The position numbers were made by a program, and so were the translations under genes. This document shows, one piece after another, positions 27,597-39,299 of a DNA stretch of 64,000 nt. Below the pieces are notes generated by a model. That model was not told the DNA's origin. It searched no databases and saw only the letters and a list, made by a program, of their open reading frames with translations. The stretch lies in NCBI RefSeq assembly GCF_009914755.1, contig NC_060934.1. The stretch is one strand, 5' to 3'. Positions within the stretch are counted from its first letter, which is position 1, and each line of letters begins with the position of its first letter. This stretch comes from the human T2T-CHM13v2.0 reference genome, Homo sapiens.

Positions 27597-28010
27597 TAGT
27601 TGACCCTTTAACAATGCAGGAGTTAGGGGTGCCAACTCCCATGCAGTTGGAAATTCGTGTGTAACTTTGACTCCATAAAACATAGCTACTAATAGCCTAC
27701 TGTTGACCAGAAGCCCTACCGATAACATAGTCACTTAACATATATTTGGTATGCTATATGTATAACATAGTGTATTCTTACAATAAAGTAAACCAGAGAA
27801 AAGAAAATCATAAGGCAGAGAAAATATATTTGCCATTCATTACATGGAAATGGATCATCATAAAAATCTTCATCCTTATTGTCTTCAGGATGAGTAGGTT
27901 GATGAGGAGAGGAATAGGAGAGGTTCTCCTTGCTATCTCAGGATGACAGATGCAGAAAATCCACAAACGGACTTACACAGTTTAAACCCATCTTGTTCAA
28001 GGGCTACCTA
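27597..28010. mobile_element. Tigger2a/MER28-like DNA transposon
   Basis: Degenerate TIRs (t)agttgaccctttaacaa / ttgttcaagggctacct with TA flanks; ctaatagcctactgttgaccagaagcc core. Confidence 0.85.
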
Positions 28011-28299
28011 TATTTATAGTGACACAATTAAATATAGTTGTATTTATAATTTCTAGAATTGCTATTTTTTGCTACACTTATGTTTCTTCTTTCATGCCTA
28101 TAAGAAAAGACCTCTATGGAGAAAAAGGGGGAAAAAAAAGCACTTGAGGGTTATGATAAGGATATGGCACCTGTACATACCAAAGTCAGCAGAAAACAGA
28201 GTAATAATTCAATGGTAGAAGTGTAGACAAGTAGGGATTTGCTTTTTAAAAAGATATAATTTTTAATCATTTTATGCCTGAGAAGCAGATTTTAGCACA

Positions 28300-28805
28300 T
28301 GTTTGGTTATCTATTGCTATTATATAACAAATTATTTCAAACTTTAGTGGCTTAACACATCATTTTATGCTATTCATGATTTTGTTAACCAAAGATTTGG
28401 GAAGGGCTTGGCTGGGGCATCTGTCTCTCACTCACAAGCTGTGAATTGGAGTAACTGAGGATAAGGAAGTCAGTTCCAAAATGGCTTCATTATGTATACG
28501 TCTGGTACCCTGGTGGGGACAACTGGAACACTAGATTCTGAGGAGTTCCTTTGGTTCTTCATGTAGCTTCAGGGTGTCTCTCCATGGTCTTTCTAGTATA
28601 TTAGTTTGACTTTTCAATTGGTGAGTCAGAGCTCTATAAGCTATTCTAAGTAATAAGAAGCATAAAATGCCCTTCTTTTTAAAGGTTAGAGCTGGAATTG
28701 GCATGAATTACTTATGCCATACTCTGGTCATACATTAGGGTAAATAAATCTCATCTCTCTAGGGAAAGCTGTCAACATATTTGTGTCATATTTACTCTGC
28801 CATAG
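28300..28805 (-). mobile_element. Old MaLR LTR (MLT1H-like)
   Basis: ttatctattgct...aactttagtggcttaa...gggaagggcttggctgggg...ccaaaatggcttc motifs. Confidence 0.7.
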
Positions 28806-29329
28806 TTCATACTATATCTCTTTCCTCTATCCTACCTCTCACATTTATCCAATCTCATAAAATGTATTTACAATGAATGTTTTCTATATCCATCAGCAAG
28901 TGTACCATCTTCTTTAAATGCATCTATCAATTACACTATGATCAGTATAATAACAGAGGATAAAATGGGGATAACTGGATATGATATTACTCTTTGAATA
29001 TCTATTTAACATTTTTATTAGCAGGTACTGAAATGGATTTTTCCTCAGTATTCCCATAGTGTCTTAGACAAGGGAAAAAGACAAACCTCCATTAAGAACA
29101 TTCTAAATCCTCTAAAAACTTCTGAATTATTGTGGTACCATGTGGAACTTGTTCGTTCTTTCCCACATCTCTGCTATCTCCAGAAAAATATTTTGCAACT
29201 TGCCATATGCCATCCGTATACTTCATGCCCATATATAGACAGGACATAATGTCCTGTAATCTGATGATTCAGAAAAGTCTTGATGAATATTCTTGGGAAG
29301 TAAAATAAAATATATTAATGTTTATGAAG

Positions 29330-29950
29330 ACATCTTACTTAATAGCTACTTGATATATGATCACTCATCAAATTCTCTCAGATGAATATCTATAAATTAG
29401 ATATTTATTATTCCTTTATTGAAGAGAAACTGAGACTGACTGAGAATAAACATTTCCAAGGTAACACATTTATCATGTATCTGAGACAAAACCTGAATTT
29501 AGTTTGGACTGATTCTAAAACCTATTGCAATAATCAGGGTAGGTTAAATTATGCTGCAATAATAAGCAATACCGTTTCCCCCGAAAATCAAGCAAACCAA
29601 CACATGAAATTCCCATGGCTTATAACAAGTAAGGTTATATCTTAATTTCATTAGGGATATCCTTCATGAGTTGGTTCAGCTCTGTTCAATATTATTTTCA
29701 TTTTTGGACCCAGAATAGCAGAGCAATCTCTTTCTGGAACATAATTATTCCTACAAAGAAGGAAGAGAGATACAGCAAACTACCAGCAAACTGGCTCTTA
29801 AAGCTTCTGCTTGAAAGTGATGCAACCGACATCTGTTCCTATTTCATTGATAAAACTCATAGTCCCAAACATGATGACAATGCAATAGGAGAGTATAATC
29901 CTCCATCCATGTGGAGCAATGAGTACTTGTGAGCCATAATGCAACCTTCC
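29330..29950 (-). mobile_element. MIR fragment followed by old MLT1J/K-like LTR (~29525-29950)
   Basis: gaagagaaactgagact MIR core; ggtaggttaaattatgctgcaataa and gctcttaaagcttctgcttgaaagtga MLT1 motifs. Confidence 0.55.
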
Positions 29951-31029
29951 ACACTCATTTCCCATTTGCACATTATTTGTTCTTTAGATTATCTTCTTCC
30001 ATCTTTCCACTTGCCACAATTCATTCTGTACGTTCCATACATATTGGTGCATAGCAGAAACAGTAATCACCAAGAGAAGCAGCAATGGTGCATCTTTGGC
30101 ATGTGGTTTCTAGTGCCAGGAGCAGTTATTTCAAGCAGATAACACATGATATGATCTACTAAGATATGAGCAGAACTTCTTAATATTCTTGTATGAAAAT
30201 CGTGGGAAGAGGCGGAAGTGCTGAGATCCTATGAGGAGTGATATTTGAGTAATTCCTATAAATGTGACCAATTTATTTTATCCCACAATTTCGTAAGGCC
30301 CAAGAATCTCTGGTTTATTAGTAGTAAAGGACTTTAAAGAATGAATATTAACACAGTCATGTAAAGAAACTTCTTCACTCTATAAAGGCTTAGCAGTTTA
30401 TTCTGTTCAAACTGACCATCTATGAGAAAATATCCAAAGAAATGAATGTCAATTCATGTTTCTATGATTGTCAAGAAATGAAATAATAAGAAATCAAAAT
30501 TTTGAATTCCTGATGCTCATACTCAAGTAATCTTCTTTAAAGACCACAGTGTCCAGGCATGTCCTTGGAAGGACAAATTACTGCAGGTTTCCTTCAGAGC
30601 TCCATTTATTTAAGACTCTTTCTCTGAATTAACCATATAACCATCAGCTTTGGCTCTTTCATAGCCTGTCAGCAGATGAAAGAGGGCTGAGTGTGATCAG
30701 AAACAGGTTTGAATGGTTAAATATGTGCAACAACAATGGCATTTTACTATACATATAGCTTATAGACTGCTTTTTATTTAACACTTTTCCTGGTCTCTTT
30801 CAGTGTTAAAACTATGTAATGATATTTACTGATAGTATTTCATACAGAATTATTTAACCACACTTTTTGATTTAGTCATCTAATTGGTTTCCAGTATTGT
30901 TTATAACATGTAATATGCTACAAATAATATGCTTGAAAAGAAATCATTTTCTTTTTAAAAAAATTATGTCCTTGAGAAAGATTGTGTGTACTGTGATTTT
31001 GCATTCCAAAATATATACATGTTGATTTT

Positions 31030-31460
31030 TTTTTTGCTTGGTATCCTTCCTGGACTGCACAAATATTTCTTGTCACTTTTTCCACACATAATTTTTCTAC
31101 ATAAAACATTAGAATTATTTGAAATAACTGACCACCTAATGGAAATAAGTACATCAGTATTTTAACATGTAGTTTTTATTCATTAGCAATTTCCAACATT
31201 TTTAACACATTCCTGTCTTTTGGACATCTGGGTTTATTATCTTGTAAATTATCATTTCCTTTTTCGATTTTCTATTGGAATATTCATATTTTTTCCTAAA
31301 TGTATAGACCTATTTACATAAATGATGCTAACCCTTTGCTATAATATATATTAAACTATTTTATCCATTCTTTGGTTTAATTTTTCCAATTGTTTTAGAA
31401 ATAAAATCTGTCAATATTTTACTCTGCAGTCTCTGCCTTGATGTCTATGTACAGTCAAGG
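31030..31460 (-). mobile_element. Ancient L1M fragment
   Basis: T-rich degenerate reverse ORF2-end pattern (attttctattgg, ctaaccctttg). Confidence 0.4.
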
Positions 31461-32418
31461 CTGTAGAAATACTAGGCTCTGTAAGGATTGAAGCATGCAT
31501 AAATTCAATGGGTGATCACAAACAACAATTCTGGTGCATAAGAAACACGACTTGAGAAGGGAGCTATGGAATTATGGGCAGGGATAATAACTATCTCATG
31601 TTTCACTTGAAAATTTAGTGGCAGAAAATAGGTTATTAACTTTGCAAGCTCTCTGAGTTTTCCTTTCTTTTTATTTTAGACCAACAATGTCTCCCCTAAA
31701 ATGCTTGTGTGTTGGGGGGGGGTGGGGGTTAATTTTTCTTCAATCCATTAACTCATGTGATTCTAAAAATAATAACATTTTTGCAGACAAGATCATTAAG
31801 CCCATTTGATAAATATTAAGGAAAAAGAAAAGCATAAATATGTCTCCTAGTATCATAGGCAAGTTATAGACATGTCCATAACCTGATTCAGGTCTTCACT
31901 TCACATCAGAATCTGTATTGTATGATAACATGTGGTTTTCCCTGTTACTCTTTGCTGAATACGTTGGCTGATGTAAGAATCATCAGTGAAGTTTTTTTAA
32001 TGACATTAAGTTTACCATGAAATAAAATTCATATTAGTTTTAATACTTTGTTATTTCCTCATAATGTACACATTAAACTGTACATTATAATGTGTACATT
32101 ATGAGGAAATAACACAATACATTTATTACCAATTTTACTATCATAATATTTTAAAAGCAATTTCAGAGAACTAATAGTTTGTAACATTAAGCCAGAATTA
32201 TTATTTGATTCTGAGGTATCTTTGTTAAACCCTTGATATTTCCATTGGAAAAAAGAATTGAGTTGGGCCACAATGAAAGGAACACATATATGTGATTCTA
32301 ACTCTATATTTAGTTATAAAAATAGTATCTGAGAATGTTGGCTCATATCATTTAAGCATTTTACATATGTCCAACCATTTTCATAAACTTGGTAAAATAA
32401 GATGTATACATTGTAGAC

Positions 32419-32843
32419 TGACATGGTTCGGATCTGTGTCCCCACCCAAATCTCATGTCGAATTGTAATCCCCAGTGTTGGAGGTGGCACCTAATGGGAC
32501 GTGATTGGATCATGTGGGCAGAGTTCTCATGAATGGTTTAACACCATTCCCTATGTGTTGTTCTCATGATAGGGAGTGAGTGAGTTATCATGAGACCCGG
32601 TTGTTTTAAAAGTGTGTAGCACCTTGCCCCTCTCTAGCTTGCTCCTGCTCTGGCCATATAAGACATGCCTTCTTCCCCTTTGCCTTCTGCCATGCCTGGA
32701 AGTTTCCTGAGGCCTCCTCAGAAGCAGAAGCTGCTATGCTTCCTGTATAGACTTCAGAATTGTGAGCCAATTAATCCTGTTTTCTTAAATAAATTATACA
32801 GTTTCAGGAATTTTTTATAGCAATGTGAGAACAGACTAATACA
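32419..32843 (+). mobile_element. MSTA-type MaLR solo LTR
   Basis: tgacatggttcggatctgtgtccccacccaaatctcatg...acagactaataca; perfect 5-bp TSD tagac. Confidence 0.93.
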
Positions 32844-32969
32844 TAGACCTATAAGATATGGAAAGTGGGTAGCATGTGTCATTGATGTTTTACAAACATA
32901 GATACAAAGGCTCAGACAATTTAGTGACTTGCTTAAAACCAAACTTAGCTACACGTTTGTATGATTCAT

Positions 32970-33520
32970 CAAATTCATTCATTACATATTTATCGAGATC
33001 ATTGTATGTGTCAAGCACTATTCTACCACAGGGGGCATAACTGTGGGAAAAAAAAAAACTAATGAAAGTCACCTTGTGGGTCATAAGTCTACTGTTAATG
33101 GTGAGGAGGAGAGCAGTAAATACATGTAAAATATGTTTATACTTATATTTTGCATGTATCAATACATATAAAAATGTATGATCTTACAGTATTTTAGAAA
33201 GTAGTAAGTACTAGAACAAGGTAAGAGAAATTGGGTGTGCAGGCAAGCTGCAAGGTCATAAAGAGTGGTCAGAAAAACCTCCATAGAAATTCTAGAATGT
33301 TAGCAAAGATTTGAGGATGAGATGGAGTGGTGTATAGATATCTGAAGGTATCTTGAGGAAGAGCAAACAACTGAACAGCCCATGTACTGACCCTTAGGCT
33401 GGAGTGTGATGGTTTTGCAAGGAACACTAAAAAGTAAGCATGGACAGAAAAAAGCACATTAGAGGACAATCATAGAAATTAAGGATGGCATGTTAATTGT
33501 AGCCAAGTTATGAAGGGCTC
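32970..33520 (-). mobile_element. L2 3' fragment
   Basis: attcattcattacatatttatcgag...tgtgtcaagcactattcta; gaggaagagcaaaca. Confidence 0.6.
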
Positions 33521-35223
33521 CGTAGAATTTTTAAAATTCGTTTTATATATTTAATAAAAAGAAACACATACTCAATTTTAAATAGATTTTGGGCTCATGG
33601 AACTTGTGTATATCATGTTCGACTGGATCCAGGGGCTCAAATTATGCCAGCAATTTTTTTTTTATGTTTTCTTCACTGTGATGACACTATTCTCTACTTG
33701 TGCTATTTGAATTGCTCCATAAATCTTGAAGATGGCTACTTGCAGCCTTTGCTACTAGTTTAACACCACCAGTTAAAAATAGATTTCCCCCGGTGATATT
33801 ATGCCAATACAAATGAAGAACCTCAACCAGCTTTGTTTCATCATTTGTCAACCCCTAAAATGCTCATTATTGTGAGACAGAGGTAGTGCTACAATGTGAA
33901 AAATCTAGATTTCATGATAACTTCTGTAGCTCAGGTGAGAGGCTTAGATTGATAGTTTACCAGAACCACATCGGATGGGGCCGATTACTTTCCACAAAGA
34001 AAGGGATGTCGATGAAAACAAGTATCTATCCCTGCTTTAATGCCTAGTAAATGGAGTAAAATCATACATATCTTCTGATTTCAAATCCTGCTCTCTTTCT
34101 TTTTACAAGAAGATTATTTTGGTTGTAAACTCCTTAAATCTCTAGAGTTCTAATTCTTTATATTGTTGACTGGTTAGATATCTCCTTTATGCGACACCAT
34201 TGCAAAATCTTGTGTGTCCAGGTTCTTTCTAAATCACATGCACAACTACGTAAGAGGAGCTCTCAGTTTAGAGTGCAAACATAAATAGCACTACTCCTCT
34301 TCCTGTAGTCTCAAACAAGTACTCAGAAAAGCACTCTCTATACCTACAATAAAAATCTGAATAGTGTAGCATTGAACTCTTTGTGGAAAAGATACATAAT
34401 TCTTTGAAAAAATACTCCAAATTTGCATCCTGTAAGTGAAACTGTACATGATAATGAGTTGTTAACCTTGAGTTCTTTTTTACCTGTAGAGGGGCTATGA
34501 ACGGGCCAAGGATAATGGTTATATGGTTGATACAGAGAAAGAGACTTAAATAAAAGGGACTCTAGAAATATTCAGTAATTTACCCTTTCAACGACTTTCC
34601 TGGATACTTGTCTTTAAATAAAACGATTTTATAGCATGGTGTTCTTAGAATGTGAGTGTTAGCAATCCTTTGGATGTCACCCTATATTTGGTGGATACAT
34701 GCTATCTGAATTCATTTGTGTGGCATATTTAAAATTAGTCACATTCACTTGGAATAGGGAAAGTTAGGAATATATTCCGTCAAATTTACCTTAGGCAACA
34801 GAGGACTGGAGGAAACTATTTCTCTGAATAAACTACTTCTGTCTACATAAACGTGTGTTCCAGCTTTCTTCCCTTTTGTGTCGTTATATCTGAAAAGAAG
34901 AGCGAAATCGGGGCAATGCTGAGCTACTAACTAGTATTTAGATTGGAAATAAGTATGAACAGTTTGTTAGTTAAAGGAGTTTATTTAACAAGCCTGAAGA
35001 TTGAAATGAAAAGGCAAAAGATTGAATTCTTTGCTGTCTCCTAGCATATATCTTTCTGAATCACCTAAAAATGTTTAGTTACTTGTAAATTCTGAGATGT
35101 CAGCTTCTACAATGCTACTTTATTGGCAATGCAGAAACATGGGAAATACTATAAAATATTACTACCAACCCGTCCCTCACAAATTTAACTTTGTCATTAA
35201 CAGATCTCTGAGTGATGTACTTT

Positions 35224-36246
35224 TGTGTCCAGAATTGGGAGGGTTCTTGGTCTCACTGACTTCAAGAATGAAACCAGAGACCCTCGTGGTGTTACAGTTC
35301 TTAAATATGGTATGTCTGGAGTTTGTTCCTTCGATGTTCAAACGTGTCCGGAGTTTCTTCCTTCTGGTGGGATCGTGGTCTCGCTGATTTCAGGAGTGAA
35401 GCTGCAGACCTTTGCAGTAAGCGTTACAGCTCTTAAAGGCAGCGTCTCTGGAGTTGTTCTTTTCTTCCAGTGGGTTCGTGCCCTTGCTGGTTTCAGAAAT
35501 GAAACTGCAGACCTTTGCGGTTAGTGTTACAGCTCTTAAACATGATGCGGACCCAAATAGAGAGGCACAGCAAGATTTACTGCCAAGAGCAAAAGAACAA
35601 AGCTTCCACAGCACTGAAAGGCATGTAAGGACGGTGCTGCTGCTGGCGCAAGTGGCCTGCTTTTATTACCTTATCTGGCCCCCACCCACATCCTACTGAT
35701 TGGTCCATTTTACAGAGAACTGATTGGTCCATTTTACAGAGAGCTGATTGGTCCGTTTTACAGAGAGTTGATTGGTCCGTTTTGACAGAGTGCTGATTGG
35801 TGCATTTACAATCCTTTAGCTAGACAGAAAAGTTCTCCAAGTCCCCACCCCAACCAGAAGCCCAGTGGCTTCACCTCTCAATGGCACTCACTGCCAGACT
35901 TTGGGGTACCTAGCCCAGGCACTTTGGCAGTGCAGAGGGAGCTTGTGCCCCATCAAGGCCAGCAGGCACTGGCTGGCAATGCCTAGTGCGGGGCCGCTGA
36001 GCGGGCGCCCACCCAAAACCTGTGCCAGCCTAAGAGCGCCCAGTGCAGCCCCGGCTCCCACCTGCGCCTCTCCCTCCACACCTCCCAGCGAGCAGAGGGA
36101 GCCGGTTCTGGCCTCCACAGGCCAAGAGAAAGGCCCCCACAGCACAGCGGTAGGCTGAAGGGCTCCTGGAGCGTGGCCAGAGCAGAGGTGGAGGCCCAGG
36201 AGGCGCCAAGAGCAAACGAGGGCTGCTAGCACGTTGTCACCTCTCA
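35224..36246 (-). mobile_element. Solo LTR12-family LTR (LTR12D/E-like)
   Basis: Ends cacgttgtcacctctca; tandem ctgattggtccattttacagaga CCAAT repeats; gggttcttggtctcactgacttcaagaatgaa U5. Confidence 0.93.
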
Positions 36247-36617
36247 ATTTGACCTGTATTAGTTCTGAATACAATGACAACCAATTTCAGCAAAGAACTC
36301 AAGGATATATAATAGGTCACACCATGATTCATTCAAATGCACACTAGGCTCTGGGATTTCTTAATGGAATCTTGTCTTTATTGATTTCAAAGAGATCTAG
36401 AAACTTAATGACTGCGTGTTTTGTTTTTCCTGTGTTCCAAATTACTTCAGGTAATTAAGATTGCAAAGTAAAATACTTTGAACCATCACTCTTCTAGCTG
36501 CCAGAGAGGTATTCATTAGTTTGCATTAAATCCGATTGTATTTGGAATCAGCATCACTTTTATCAGTAAAATACCTCCCTTTTTGCATCAAATATTGAAT
36601 AACTTCTTTCTCTAAGA

Positions 36618-36752
36618 CAGGATTTCTCAAGCTTGGCACTATTGATATTTTGGGCTGGGTAATTGTTGTATGGGTTATTCCATGCATTGTACTTAATATT
36701 TAGCAGGATCCCTGAACTCAAGCCACTACATGTTAATTTAACTCTTCCCCCA

Positions 36753-36801
<49 letters not shown>

Positions 36802-36871
36802 TTATGACAACAAAATTTCTCCAGATACTAAATGTCCCCTGAGAAGAAAATCACCCAGGTTGAGAACCATG
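36618..36871. mobile_element. MER20 hAT transposon containing a (CA)n tract (~36754-36798)
   Basis: caggatttctcaagcttggcactattga...aatgtcccctg...ggttgagaacca. Confidence 0.85.
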
Positions 36872-37393
36872 ACTCTACAGCAATGGCAACTGTCATAAAA
36901 GGTGTAGTCAAAAATTTTTAAAGAGAAATGTAAAGTTAAATGTTATGTAGTCAAATAACCCCTCCTATTGCAGATTACTAATTTAAATAACAGAAAAGCT
37001 TATGGAATTGAGTAAGGTGACACAGAGCCAGGATTTAAACTCAGCTACCTCAAATTTCTATCAAATGCCTTATAGTTATTCACTATAAAGAAAATAAAAT
37101 ATTGTAGAAGGTATAAACCCAATTATATTTATTTGTTGACATACTTTTTAAAATTATATTTTATGCAAATTGATATATATCTTAGCAGTTATGCATTTAT
37201 GTAAAGGCTTTTATATTTTTATGAATGAACTTTTCCTTGTGAAAAAATATTCAAATAAGTTGCTGGCTTTGATTAAAACACAAATGTTAATGCAAACCAT
37301 ATCAGAAAAGAAAAAGAATACTTATCATTAGAGCTTGATTAATGACTCAATCATATACATTGTAAATTTTTGATTAGAAATATTCCACACTAA

Positions 37394-37539
37394 AATAATT
37401 ATATTAAAAAATTGTTTTTATAATATTAGGAGAAATAAAAAAATCATTTGGAAGTTTATCATTGTCCCTAGTGTTTTGTCTGAAGGAGATTGCTAGTATG
37501 CGTGTGTTTGTACGTGTGTGTGTGTGTGTTGTGGATAAT
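37394..37539 (+). repeat. Source copy of a ~145-bp direct duplication (second copy at 39049-39194)
   Basis: 49-nt core 37452-37500 matches 39110-39158 with one mismatch; AT-rich and (TG)n parts also align. Confidence 0.92.
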
Positions 37540-37629
37540 CAGAATTGAAATATAATTTTCCTCCTGAATCAATTTTCTAAATGTGTTATCTTTACAATTC
37601 AATTACATGTTTAAAATGCACTACTACAC

Positions 37630-37800
37630 TTCTTCTTAGGTTTCTATTGCTACTGTAACAAATTATCAGAACTTTAGAGGCTTAAAAAGCACAAATTTAT
37701 TATCTTCCAGTTTTGTAGGTCAGAAATCCAACACAGGTCTCACTGGGCTAAAATTAAGGTGTCAGCAAGGCTGAATTACTTTCTGGAATCTCTTTTCCAG
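37630..37800 (-). mobile_element. Truncated MLT1D-like LTR
   Basis: tttctattgctactgtaacaaattatc...ggtcagaaatccaacacaggtctcactgggctaaaattaaggtgtcagcaaggctg; cut at the ERV boundary. Confidence 0.8.
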
Positions 37801-39048
37801 AACGTAAAGTCTCGGTGGAATCTCCACTGAGAACTTTTACCCTTTCTAGCTGCCTAAAAATTATTTCTTAGTAACTCCTGTATTATTTTCACCCTCAGGA
37901 GATTTTGCCCTAACTGCTGTTGGGGGTGTTGGATGATGATTCTTTCTGGTTACTTCCTGCCAAAAAGGGGCGTGGTGTGGGGGTACAGCAGTTGGGGCTC
38001 CTCCTGAGGTTGGTCTAAGGGTTCTCACAAGATTGGTGTGTCCATGTGTGGCTCTGTCTGCAGCACCATTTGGTGTTTGATTGCTTTTAGGCAAAAAGAG
38101 ATAAATTTTACAAGAAGGTTTAAAATATAAAGTTAGAATATGAGTATTAAGATTATCACTGTTAGTGGGGATACTGTAAACCTTAACTATGACAATAGTT
38201 TGATACCTGTTAGTTACACCAATGGATTGTAATACCGGTCTGCCTCCACTAGATGTCATAGTACACTACAAGAAAAGTTAATATAAAAGTAACATTTTCC
38301 TTGAGAAAAACACATTTTGCCCCTTGACTTGCCACTAGGGGATAATTTTAGGCTTAGGCCTTTTTTATAACTTGTGATATGATTAAGAGAAAAGCAGTAT
38401 TAGGTGGCTAAAATAACTTTAGTGTCAATCTTGGCAATTATTTCCATTTAATTATTAAATTCTTACATGATTTTCACAGACCCTCTTAAAACATATTCAA
38501 ACTTTCTGACTTGTCCTAAACATTCATCCTTAAAACAACCAGTCATTTCCTTTTAGGATGAGAATTTACTATACAAGATCCTTTCTTATATAAAATCTCT
38601 CTTTTATAACCTTTCCATAGCTTAGAGTGCACCATATTATCAATCTTCAGTAAAAAGTCCTAGCAAACTTAATGATAGTAAAACTTTCATGGTTACTTCT
38701 TGATTGTAACTAGTACTCCTGCTACAGGCAAAACAAACTTGACTAAATCCTTCCTGTAATTATTAATCCTGCTATAAAGATGATAATTAGGCAAAATATT
38801 ACAGCCATGAGAATTTTAAAACCAGAATTCCACATTGTGGGTACCACAGTGTATAGCTTTATTGCAAATCATAGCGTGACTATAACAATTCCCATAAAAG
38901 TGGCATAGTAAATAATTTTTGTTTAAAACTTTACTTGCCAAGATATAACATTTCCCTTGGGGGATTTATGAAGTTACAAATGCAATTCCATGTATAATTA
39001 AAATCTCTCTGCAAATACGCGTTACAAAGAAGTTCTATTATTTGGCAG

Positions 39049-39194
39049 AATAATTATATTAAAATAAATTATTTTTATAATACTAAGAAAAATAAAAAAA
39101 ATTATTTGAAAGTTTATCATTGTCCCTAGTGTTGTGTCTGAAGGAGATTGCTAGTATGTGTTTGTGTGTACGTGTGTGTGTGTGTATAGATAAT
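39049..39194 (+). repeat. Inserted copy of 37394-37539 inside the ERV
   Basis: Direct repeat at an offset of ~1.66 kb, flanked by ERV sequence on both sides. Confidence 0.9.
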
Positions 39195-39299
39195 AATAAT
39201 AAAGGTAGAAGTAATAAAAAGTATTTGTTGAGGTAAAGGAGTGGGGCTGAGTAAGATGATTGTCCCTCACTCAGTTAGTTATCTTTTATGATTTTCAGC

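Noticed and set aside
35690-35810. Regular ~23-bp repeats resembling an array
   Set aside because: Standard LTR12 CCAAT enhancer repeats with no unique spacers; not CRISPR
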